NCBI GenBank assembly: GCA_043803945.1 | Contig: JAZDJN010000106.1 | Location: 1-32,186 of the forward strand | Length of the DNA: 32,186 bases | DNA from: a bacterium | GTDB taxonomy: Bacteria > Bacteroidota > Ignavibacteria > UBA10030 | Reading direction: 5' to 3' | Shown here: piece by piece, positions 17,042 through 24,834 of the stretch | Numbering within the stretch: the stretch's first letter is position 1 | Layout: each line of letters starts with the position of its first letter | Translations under genes and position numbers: made by a program | Notes under the pieces: model-generated | What the model was told of the DNA's origin: nothing | Seen by the model: the letters and a program-made list of their open reading frames with translations, nothing else | Databases searched by the model: none

Positions 17042-18091
17042 TTAAGAATTCCTCAGCCATTTGCGGAGATAGATGAATAACAATAGGAGAAGCAGTAGCA
17101 GCAGAGCAAGAGGAATCTTTGACACTCGGTGTTCGTAATAGAGTTGTTCCATCGGTGAGTAATGAACGAATTCCAGCGGCATGCCGTACTTCGCTGCAAG
17201 ACCACGAAGGTTCAGCATGTGGATGAATGGGATCCCTTTTTCATTGACGCGTACTATGAGTCCTCGATCTTCATGAGTACAGAATTCCATCGTGCGGTTG
17301 AAACCATTTGGAATAACAGAACCATGCGAACAGTTACCCAGGGCATAATGACTGCCTCCGATATTTATGAGGAGGGCAATCTTGCTCTCTAAAAGAATTT
17401 GGAGGCGCTGGTCTGTTGATTCTTTCAATGTGGATGGAATGGTGAGTGAAACAGAATTCCTTGCAGCAGCCTCCTTCAAGAGTTGAATCCCTTCTTCCGA
17501 GAGGCCACCCCCTGAGTCGTCGGTGGCACCAAGGCTGACAATTTCAGATGTGCATTGTAAACCACCTTCTTTTCGTAATGTATGCTCTATATCGATCCAT
17601 GTCATTCCTGGTTGGTTTGCTCCATAGGAAGATGCACCGAGTGAACTGAAGAGAACAGCGTTTACCTTGATCGTTTGGAGTGCAGCAAGAGTAGCGATGC
17701 CGAGTGCAGGAAATGATCCGGAGAGTGTTACTGCGACAACAGCATTGGTATCGATTCCCGCATCGTGCACAAGGCGAAGGATGAGAGCTGCAAAGTCCGG
17801 ATTCAATGTGAGCCGTTTTGCGTCCAGGGAACCCAACGTTGTGGTAATTTCTGTATACTCAATTCCCAGCATTCCCGAATGGGCCGACGCCGAATCGATC
17901 TCCGGTTTAATTCCTCTCCTCAACTTCTCTTGTTCGATCAAAGAAAACCATCGCTCAGTTAGTTGAACTGCACGATGCATTTGTTCCGCATCGTGTCGTT
18001 CCACTTCGAGAATGCAGTAGGTTCTTGCTGCATATAGTACAATGAGTGAAACAACGAGGAGGATTATATAGAGAATTACTTTATTGCTCAT
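17042..18091 (-). CDS. pgsW: Poly-gamma-glutamate system protein (PgsW-like)
   Basis: GMLGIEYTEITTTLGSLDAKRLTLNPDFAA; SGSFPAL; SSLGASSYGANQP; LINIGG; IPFIHMLNLRGLA; N- and C-terminal TM segments; downstream of pgsBC. Start chosen at ATG 18091. Confidence 0.85.
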   Translation of the reverse strand: MSNKVILYIILLVVSLIVLYAARTYCILEVERHDAEQMHRAVQLTERWFSLIEQEKLRRGIKPEIDSASAHSGMLGIEYTEITTTLGSLDAKRLTLNPDFAALILRLVHDAGIDTNAVVAVTLSGSFPALGIATLAALQTIKVNAVLFSSLGASSYGANQPGMTWIDIEHTLRKEGGLQCTSEIVSLGATDDSGGGLSEEGIQLLKEAAARNSVSLTIPSTLKESTDQRLQILLESKIALLINIGGSHYALGNCSHGSVIPNGFNRTMEFCTHEDRGLIVRVNEKGIPFIHMLNLRGLAAKYGMPLEFVHYSPMEQLYYEHRVSKIPLALLLLLLLLLFIYLRKWLRNS

Positions 18092-18133
18092 CGATATCAA
18101 TACTTTGAAATCATTCCGATTTTAAAAATCTCT

Positions 18134-18227
18134 TAGTGTTCCCCGAATGCTTCTATCGGGGATCTACTATATGATGAACTTTAATTCCGCATAGTAGATC
18201 CCAAACTAAGTCATTTTGGGAACACTA
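18134..18227. repeat. 94-nt cruciform REPIN/MITE-like element, copy 1
   Basis: TAGTGTTCCCCGA..TCGGGGATCTACTAT-N20-ATAGTAGATCCCAAA..TTTGGGAACACTA; terminal IR TAGTGTTCCC/GGGAACACTA. Confidence 0.85.
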
Positions 18228-18245
18228 TTATTTTCCTCTCATTTC

Positions 18246-18331
18246 TTCTCGTTCCCAGGCTCCGCTTGGGATCGTGTCCCTTGAAGCTCTTCTTCCATCA
18301 GGCGTTCCCAAAGAGAGTTTGGGAATGAGAA
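18246..18331. repeat. Inverted REP-like doublet of a different family (CTCGTTCCCA..TTGGGA)
   Basis: TTCTCGTTCCCAGGCTCCGCTTGGGA ... GCGTTCCCAAAGAGAGTTTGGGAATGAGAA; terminal arms complementary. Confidence 0.65.
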
Positions 18332-18379
18332 GATTTTGTACTTAACGCTCCATTCTCCTGGCGTCTTGGCGGCTCATCT

Positions 18380-18805
18380 TTATAACAGGAGCAGGATGAG
18401 ATACACACACACGGTCACAAATCCCAGGCTCGAAAGTGTCGGAAGAACACGCTGCCGTGATAATTCATTGGCGATGAGACCGGGGATGATATATCCGATC
18501 GATTGCAGATCGATGCCAATAACCGGCATCGGTTGAATTACGGACTCAACAATGATCTTCAGACAGAATCCTATTAGTAACGCAACGAGCAATCTTCTCC
18601 TTCCATAGATAATTAAATGCCTTGCAAGGAATTCGAGGATTGCCCAGGTAATCATCGCGATTATTACCGTAATCAGAATTTTCCCCGGCTGTTGGATATA
18701 CAGTGCAAAATACCCCGGTGCAATCACTCCACCCGGAGAGACACCCGCCAACTCATAGAATAGAAAACCAACCACCAATCCAATAAAGAGCGATTCAATG
18801 ATCAT
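18380..18805 (-). CDS. pgsC: Poly-gamma-glutamate biosynthesis protein PgsC/CapC
   Basis: GVSPGGVIAPGYFAL; IYGRRR; LQSIGYIIPGLIANE; hydrophobic 141 aa; RBS AAAGGAG. Confidence 0.93.
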   Translation of the reverse strand: MIIESLFIGLVVGFLFYELAGVSPGGVIAPGYFALYIQQPGKILITVIIAMITWAILEFLARHLIIYGRRRLLVALLIGFCLKIIVESVIQPMPVIGIDLQSIGYIIPGLIANELSRQRVLPTLSSLGFVTVCVYLILLLL

Positions 18806-18835
18806 GGGTGTAGCTCCTTTTTCCTTTTTACCACT

Positions 18836-19196
18836 TAGTGTTCCCCGAGTGCTTCTGTCGGGGATCTACCATACGGAGCATTTCTATTCCGGATAGTAGA
18901 TCCCAAATAAAGTCATTTTGGGATCACTATTGTTTCTATTTATTATTTCCCAAGCCCCATCAGTGTTCCCCGAGTGCTTCTGTCGGGGATCTAATTAGCG
19001 TAGTAGTGTAGCTCCGCTGGGTAGATCCCAAACTGAAGCCCACCTTCGCGGTTCGTGCTACGGTGGGTAAACATTTTGGGAACACTAAGTTTTTCTACTC
19101 ACTAGTGTTCCTTGAATGACTTCGTCGAGGATCTACCATACGGAAAAGCATTGTTCCTCATAGCAGATCCCAATCTGAAGCACATTGGGAACACTG
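18836..19196. repeat. Three tandem copies of the 94-nt cruciform element (18836-18929, 18961-19087 with nested insert, 19103-19196)
   Basis: Same ends and internal stems as copy 1. Copies 2 and 4 are 94 nt; copy 3 is 127 nt, mainly because of a ~31-nt inserted hairpin. Confidence 0.85.
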
Positions 19197-19211
19197 ATAT
19201 TTTCTATTTTT

Positions 19212-19239
19212 GTGATTCTATGCGGGAGCGTAGAATCAG
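19212..19239. repeat. 28-nt palindrome immediately after the pgsB stop; second copy at 30909-30936
   Basis: GTGATTCTATGCGGGAGCGTAGAATCAG matches the reverse complement of 30909-30936 at 25/28. Confidence 0.7.
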
Positions 19240-19240
19240 T

Positions 19241-20401
19241 TCAGAACTTTTCCTTCGTGACTGATTCATTAAGTGTGTTGAGCATCAGGAATCCATCCCC
19301 TGCAATATTGCCGATACCAATGACCGTTGCACCTGACCCTTGCCAGTGCTGTACACAATTTCGAATAGCATTCTTATTCCAGATTTCAACCTTCTCACTT
19401 AAACATCCACCCGACAGTAGAATTCTTTTTGCCACTGAGCGATGAGTCCCAATAAGTATAATTTTCGAGAGATCAGTTCTGGTTGCGCACCAGCGGGCAA
19501 ATTGCACTGTCCGCAAGGGCCGGTCTGCACGCGTATTGAGGACAAGGATGAGCTTCTGTTCCTGAGGGAAGCCCTGACGATAGTAGCTCAGGAATTTTTC
19601 CGCCGATAGAAAATCATTCACCGCAAAGCCATTGATGAATCGAAATCCCTTTTGAACAGGAACCATAAGCTGAGAGGTCTCGGCATTCGTTCGGGCATAA
19701 TTCAGCATTCCATTCCAGACTTGTTCGCCTTCCATCCCGGCAAGCTTGCAGACTGTTCGAGCGAGTAGAAGATTCTCCGAGAATACTCCGGATGGCAGGT
19801 TCTCGATGTTATCTTGCTCTGGAGTAACAACAATCAGGGCGGACTCCCTTTTCTTAGCCTCATCTTCTATGATCTGACGATGTTGTGTATCGATGGTCAC
19901 AACGTTCGATCCAAGTGGAATAGCGGAACAGATTAACCGCACCCGCTCTTCATCAGTCGCTCCCATCTCCTCACGATGATCATCGAGGATGTTGGTAATG
20001 ACATAGATTGTCGGTTTGAGAACATTACTTTCGAGCCGCTGATATTCAGGTTTGAGGGACATATTTTCCATCACCACAGCATTGACCTGTAGTTTGGAAG
20101 CTTTCTGCAGCATGTTCACCTGTTCCTGAACGCGTGCAGGTCCTCTTCGTCTCAAGGCCTTATTCTGTCCATCAGGTAAGAAGATGGTGGGAATCACTCC
20201 GGTAATTTTGGCAAACGTAGGAATACCTCCAGCACGCAATCCCGCAGCGATGTATTCAACAACGCTCGATTTGCCCCGGGTACCGTTGACGAGAATCCGG
20301 ATTAGAATGCGTTCACGACTTCTCTTCACAAGTACAATCTCGAGGAGTAACAAGATTATTACGATAGAAAGAAGAATGAATGGTAGAACGGGATGTATCA
20401 C
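19241..20401 (-). CDS. pgsB: Poly-gamma-glutamate synthase PgsB/CapB (Mur-ligase-like)
   Basis: N-terminal TM; RILVNGTRGKSSV P-loop; AKITG; EQVNML; VITNILDDHREEMG; FINGFAVND; LNTRADRPLRT; GIGNIAGDG. Start is uncertain: in-frame GTG at 20401 preferred over 20479, which lies inside a repeat. Confidence 0.9.
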   Translation of the reverse strand: MIHPVLPFILLSIVIILLLLEIVLVKRSRERILIRILVNGTRGKSSVVEYIAAGLRAGGIPTFAKITGVIPTIFLPDGQNKALRRRGPARVQEQVNMLQKASKLQVNAVVMENMSLKPEYQRLESNVLKPTIYVITNILDDHREEMGATDEERVRLICSAIPLGSNVVTIDTQHRQIIEDEAKKRESALIVVTPEQDNIENLPSGVFSENLLLARTVCKLAGMEGEQVWNGMLNYARTNAETSQLMVPVQKGFRFINGFAVNDFLSAEKFLSYYRQGFPQEQKLILVLNTRADRPLRTVQFARWCATRTDLSKIILIGTHRSVAKRILLSGGCLSEKVEIWNKNAIRNCVQHWQGSGATVIGIGNIAGDGFLMLNTLNESVTKEKF

Positions 20402-20460
20402 ATTTTTCTCGAAACGTTTGAGTTCGAACTTGGCTGGAAGATAATAAAAAATAACTTGTA

Positions 20461-20810
20461 GACCTTTCGAAGGTTTCAAGGAGATAACTCAGCGACCTTC
20501 GGAGGGTTTCGCGCGTGTATCGAACCGTTCCCTGCCATATCGAAATCGAGTGAGAGGGAACGGTTCGGTCTCGCAGGAAGGTGGCATCGAACCGTTCGCT
20601 GCGATACCGATTACAAGTGTGAGCGAACGGTTCGGTACAAATGCAGAAGTCCGTCTTTTATCTCTGATTGACCTCAGGAAAAAGACGGACTTCTAATAAA
20701 AAATGACCGTCATCTCTCTAAGGGTTACCTCAGATCAGATGACGGTCAATTAGAAACATTTGAACCTTCCGAAGGTTCCAAAGAGATAACTCAGAGATCT
20801 TCGGAAGGCT
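20461..20810. repeat. Array of six hairpins (A-B-B'-C-D-A'), 12-15 bp stems, 20-21 nt loops, ~57-67 nt period
   Basis: Units at 20461-20508, 20521-20567, 20588-20634, 20645-20694, 20704-20748, 20763-20810. B, B', C and D stems are perfect. Confidence 0.85.
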
Positions 20811-20816
20811 ACAATC

Positions 20817-20891
20817 AGATCCCGTTTAGAAGAATAGCGGGATGATCACAAAAAGCGTGATAGATCCCCGCTAAATGCATGCGGGGATGAT
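20817..20891. repeat. Two tandem half-elements (AGATCCC(C)G..CGGG(G)ATGAT) related to the right half of the 94-nt element
   Basis: AGATCCCGTTTAGAAGAATAGCGGGATGAT and AGATCCCCGCTAAATGCATGCGGGGATGAT, directly downstream of the 20906 stop. Confidence 0.6.
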
Positions 20892-20905
20892 TGCACAAAA
20901 CGCAA

Positions 20906-22387
20906 TCACTTCATCAGGATCATCTTGCCAGTGAGGCGTTGACTACCCGATGTCATGACATACATATAGGTCCCTGATGTTAGATTCTTGGCATCAAAGA
21001 TCTTTGAGAATGTTCCCGCTTCCAGGAATTCATTCAGCAATGTTGTTACTTCCCGACCCATGACATCATACACTTTCAAGGTTGTCATACCCCTCTGCGG
21101 GATAGAGAACCTGATGGTGGTTGATGGATTGAATGGGTTTGGATAGTTCTGTGATAAGGCATATCCTTCCGGAATGGCTTTATCCAGTACTTCGACATTC
21201 ACAGCCTTGTCGCTGAAAATATAATAGCGGACACCCGGCATAGAACCGCCACCAAAAACACAAACATAAGCTGTGTCACCAGTTGGACTGAATGCGATTC
21301 CACGTGGCCGCTCATTTCCCTTATCAGCAGTTGTAACATAGCCAAATGCCCAATTGATACTGTCTTTAATGGTCATTGTTTTTGTATCAATTCCGTACCA
21401 GGTACCTGGTGTATAATTTTGCACAACCTTAGTATCCCACCAGCCATTCGGCATACCAGCATACGATCCTGCGCTTGCCCATAAGTAGCCGGTTTTCGGA
21501 TGCCAGGCAAATGATTCGCATACGAATCCTTTAAGCAGCGTATCAATCTTCGAATATGGTCCAAGAACTCCGTTATCACTATGGTACCTCATAACCGCAT
21601 TTTGGGTATATCCGCCATAATAGACATCATTGCCATCGGCAGAAACTATCGCCGCACGTGAATAACCCTTGACGCTATCAACAGCATTTCCGATAAAATT
21701 AAAATCTTTATCGAAGATTTTTATTGGGCCATTCGGAAGGACACCATTGATAAAGATATTTCCATCTTTATCGATTCCAGGATAACCCGCACAAGCAGAA
21801 AATGCTGTAAGACCAGCAGCACCTCCTGCCATGCCTTGTCCGGTTTTATAATTTATCCTGTACATGTAGTCCCAATACATCGCAAGAATATTGCCCGAAG
21901 GATCCTTTCGAAGCCCCCTTCCACTATTCACACTCCAATAGTATAATGGATTAGTGGCACTCGTACTTTTTGAAATCTCTCCTCCCATTGTGTCGACCTT
22001 CGTTCCACGAACTCCCGTTAACATGGGTGAGAACGATGCTGGGGTTCCATCAGGAAGATAACAATACAATTTGCGAACTGTTGTCCACTGTGCCCGAAGA
22101 CTATCAGGATTTGATTTATATCGATAATTCGTGACATAGATTGTATCCCTTGCATATGCTGTATAATTCTGGATCCAGACTTTACCGTCAGGGCTAACCT
22201 CTATTCCATGGACATAGGACCAGTGAAGAGTGTCTTTTAATCTTCCACCTGCCCCGATATCCTTCTCACCCTTGCCTAAGGGTGGAAACATCCCTTTATG
22301 GACCCACCCGGGTTTGTATACCTGCGATAAGGCAGTACATGAAACTAATAGAGCGAGAATTACGAGAGCTGGTACAATACGTTTCAT
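20906..22387 (-). CDS. Secreted beta-propeller-like protein with type-A T9SS C-terminal sorting domain
   Basis: Signal peptide; repeats HGIEVSPDGKVW, AIVSADGNDVYYG, RGIAFSPTGDTAYV; CTD YALSQNYPNPFNPSTTIRFSIP..LKVYDVMGREV..LTSGTY..KMILMK. Start moved to MKRIVP. Confidence 0.8.
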   Translation of the reverse strand: MKRIVPALVILALLVSCTALSQVYKPGWVHKGMFPPLGKGEKDIGAGGRLKDTLHWSYVHGIEVSPDGKVWIQNYTAYARDTIYVTNYRYKSNPDSLRAQWTTVRKLYCYLPDGTPASFSPMLTGVRGTKVDTMGGEISKSTSATNPLYYWSVNSGRGLRKDPSGNILAMYWDYMYRINYKTGQGMAGGAAGLTAFSACAGYPGIDKDGNIFINGVLPNGPIKIFDKDFNFIGNAVDSVKGYSRAAIVSADGNDVYYGGYTQNAVMRYHSDNGVLGPYSKIDTLLKGFVCESFAWHPKTGYLWASAGSYAGMPNGWWDTKVVQNYTPGTWYGIDTKTMTIKDSINWAFGYVTTADKGNERPRGIAFSPTGDTAYVCVFGGGSMPGVRYYIFSDKAVNVEVLDKAIPEGYALSQNYPNPFNPSTTIRFSIPQRGMTTLKVYDVMGREVTTLLNEFLEAGTFSKIFDAKNLTSGTYMYVMTSGSQRLTGKMILMK

Positions 22388-22449
22388 TGTGACCCCCAAT
22401 AATTTATTGAATGAATAAGTTAATTAATATTGTAGATTGATAATTAAAG

Positions 22450-23685
22450 TTACTGACCGAAATATGGTGCGATAGTTTTTAAAATATTGATCTTATAAAT
22501 CTTCCCCGATGTACTTACTGCTCCACTTGATGCCGTCCCATTAATTGCGACTAAATAATTCGACTTTGATATTGATGAAAAGATATGCATGGCCGGTTTC
22601 AGAAGTCCCGGATGCAGGGGTTCGGTAGATTTATCAGCGTGCACTATAATGATCGGTTCCGATGCGTCTGTCCCAACATACATATCTCCGTCTGTGGCGA
22701 AGCTAATTGCATAAAGAGTTTTTCCGACACCGCCATTAGGAGATGTAGTTAAATTAAAGATATCTTCCTGAGTCCCAAGATCCGCTGTTGATGGATCGAT
22801 CCGGAAACGGATTATGCGTTCTGATCCATCTGAATTTAATTTACCTCCACAATATACATATCCATTAAACACACGGATCGAACGGACGTTCATATCGAGA
22901 GGATATGCTGCCACGCTTTTATCCTGTTTCACACGATACACAGAGGTGTTATTTCCACCTGCCCATATATTTTGATTTTGGTCGAAATCCAGATCAAAAA
23001 CTGTCCCGAGACTGCCAAATGCAACCCATGCTACAGGATTTCCCCCACCGGCGGGAATTTTATAGATAGCTCGAAGAATTCGTGCACAATAAAGCTCACC
23101 TCCCGGACCAAACTTAATGGCCGACCATTTTGTAACACCTCCCGTTGGAGCGTAATCACTCCTCTTACCCTCAGGTGTTATCTTTTTTACTCCAACTCCA
23201 GATCCATAGCTAAGCAGTGAGACATAGAAGTTGCCGGTAGCATCAACGGTCGTACCCCATGCTTCATCTGTTGCTGCTAATTGTCCAAACTCGATAACCG
23301 CTGCCTCAAGCTTCACTATTGCTGTATTGCTGAACAGCGTTGAGTTTGCCACACCAATTTTGATTTTAATCGTATCTTTCACCAGATCAGGGGCTTTAAC
23401 CTTCAATTGGGTGGAACTCGCAGATTGAACGACCGCTTGCTTGGTGTCAAAGTAGACAATATTTTCCGCGGGCACTGAAGAGAAGTTGGATCCGTTGATC
23501 GTAATAACGGTGACTCCACCCAATCCATTTGTAGGGGTGATATTTGTGATCACCGCTGCAGGCTTTGGGCTCTGGAAATTGGGATCATAAATACTACCCG
23601 TCTCTTCATTTTCGCAGCTCATCATGATGAGGGAGAGTAAGAGAAGGGCCGGGAGTAAACCATTTTTCAAAATTGTCGAAACCAT
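22450..23685 (-). CDS. Lipoprotein with IPT/TIG domain and NHL/SMP-30-like beta-propeller
   Basis: Lipobox-like IMMSC followed by acidic ENEE; ITNITP..VITINGSNFS..NIVYFD..SASSTQLKVKAP (IPT); repeats VDATGNFYV, FDQNQNIWAG, FATDGDMYVG. Start moved to MVSTIL. Confidence 0.8.
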   Translation of the reverse strand: MVSTILKNGLLPALLLLSLIMMSCENEETGSIYDPNFQSPKPAAVITNITPTNGLGGVTVITINGSNFSSVPAENIVYFDTKQAVVQSASSTQLKVKAPDLVKDTIKIKIGVANSTLFSNTAIVKLEAAVIEFGQLAATDEAWGTTVDATGNFYVSLLSYGSGVGVKKITPEGKRSDYAPTGGVTKWSAIKFGPGGELYCARILRAIYKIPAGGGNPVAWVAFGSLGTVFDLDFDQNQNIWAGGNNTSVYRVKQDKSVAAYPLDMNVRSIRVFNGYVYCGGKLNSDGSERIIRFRIDPSTADLGTQEDIFNLTTSPNGGVGKTLYAISFATDGDMYVGTDASEPIIIVHADKSTEPLHPGLLKPAMHIFSSISKSNYLVAINGTASSGAVSTSGKIYKINILKTIAPYFGQ

Positions 23686-23735
23686 AAGAATACCTGTTAG
23701 ATGTTTTCTGAGTTCGTTCACACTAGTATTAATTC

Positions 23736-24803
23736 TTAGAATCCGAAACTCAATGAGATCCGTTGAACATTATTAAATACTCCAAATGGCGTATAGGCGT
23801 AATCAATCCCAAAATTAACACCACTGAGCGATTGTTGAACTCCTACGCCATAGCAAATTGAGTATTCATCTGCAGGGCTGACATAACCAACGCGCAGGGC
23901 GACGGTTTTCATAAACATATACTCCATGCCAATACGGAGTTGCTCAGGATAGTCACGCGGGTGCTCGGCATCAACCGCAACGAAGAGTGATTGTTCTTTA
24001 GGATCGACCTCGAAGAGATCGAGCACATTCATCGACATACCAATCTTAAAGGTTAAGGGGAGTTGGAATCCTTCCTTCTGATATTTTACTTCCCGTGCGA
24101 AATTTCTGATGGTCATCCCCAAAGTCAGGCTTTTAAAGCCGGTTTGGTACATCAATCCAAAATCAAACGCCACAACATTGAGCTTGTTCTCAGCCTCAAC
24201 CTTTCCTGAGTCTGCTAATCCTATTGGCGTTGTTCCGTCAGGAGCATAGGTATAATTGGCATTGATAATTCCCGTGCCAAGGTCCTGGCGTACCATTTTT
24301 GCAGTTGCACCAATGGAAAACTTATTCGTTAAAGCACGTGCATAGCTTAATCCGAACATGAGTGCGTTCGGTTCAAACGTTCCCAGGTCGAGAAATCCCT
24401 GCTTGTTGTTCGCAAGCACCGTCGCCTCTATTTCACCGTAGGTAACATATTGCATGCTGAGGCCGATAACACCATAGTCACCGTCCGCGGGGCTTAATGC
24501 GACGGCCCCATAGAGGTGCTTGATATCGGCAATCCAGTTCACCTGCCCGAAGGAGGCTTCACCCAGCCTGCCAAGCTTTGCCATACCTGAAGGATTGTAG
24601 AACATGGATGATGAGCCGGCTTCGACGGAAGTAAAAGCATCTGCAAGTGATGCCTGCCGTGCACTCATGCCGACATTGAGGAATTTCATTCCTGTCTGAG
24701 CAAGCTTTTTATTTTCTTGCTGAGCAAATCCTGTACTTACTACAATGGCCAGGAGAATGAACAGAGCGAGAATTTGTCTAACAACCGTATTCAGTATCTT
24801 CAT
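23736..24803 (-). CDS. PorV/PorQ-family (FadL-like) outer-membrane beta-barrel
   Basis: KLAQTGMKFLNVGMSARQASLADA..SMFYNPSG hatch motif; WIADIKH; LPLTFKIG; IDYAY..RISLSFGF with terminal Phe. Confidence 0.85.
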   Translation of the reverse strand: MKILNTVVRQILALFILLAIVVSTGFAQQENKKLAQTGMKFLNVGMSARQASLADAFTSVEAGSSSMFYNPSGMAKLGRLGEASFGQVNWIADIKHLYGAVALSPADGDYGVIGLSMQYVTYGEIEATVLANNKQGFLDLGTFEPNALMFGLSYARALTNKFSIGATAKMVRQDLGTGIINANYTYAPDGTTPIGLADSGKVEAENKLNVVAFDFGLMYQTGFKSLTLGMTIRNFAREVKYQKEGFQLPLTFKIGMSMNVLDLFEVDPKEQSLFVAVDAEHPRDYPEQLRIGMEYMFMKTVALRVGYVSPADEYSICYGVGVQQSLSGVNFGIDYAYTPFGVFNNVQRISLSFGF

Positions 24804-24834
24804 AGTATTTACCTATTCAGTAAGTTCAAACCTG

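Noticed and set aside
18836-19196. CRISPR array
   Set aside because: Units are 94-nt self-complementary elements with irregular gaps (31 and 15 nt) and divergent copies; no cas genes in the window.
20402-20479. N-terminal extension of PgsB in the ORF track
   Set aside because: Begins at a TTG inside hairpin A and precedes the expected N-terminal membrane anchor; a later start is more plausible.
20461-20891. CRISPR array or integron attC array
   Set aside because: The ~60-nt period is CRISPR-like, but there is no constant direct repeat. There are no consistent RYYYAAC/GTTRRRY ends, cassette ORFs or integrase.
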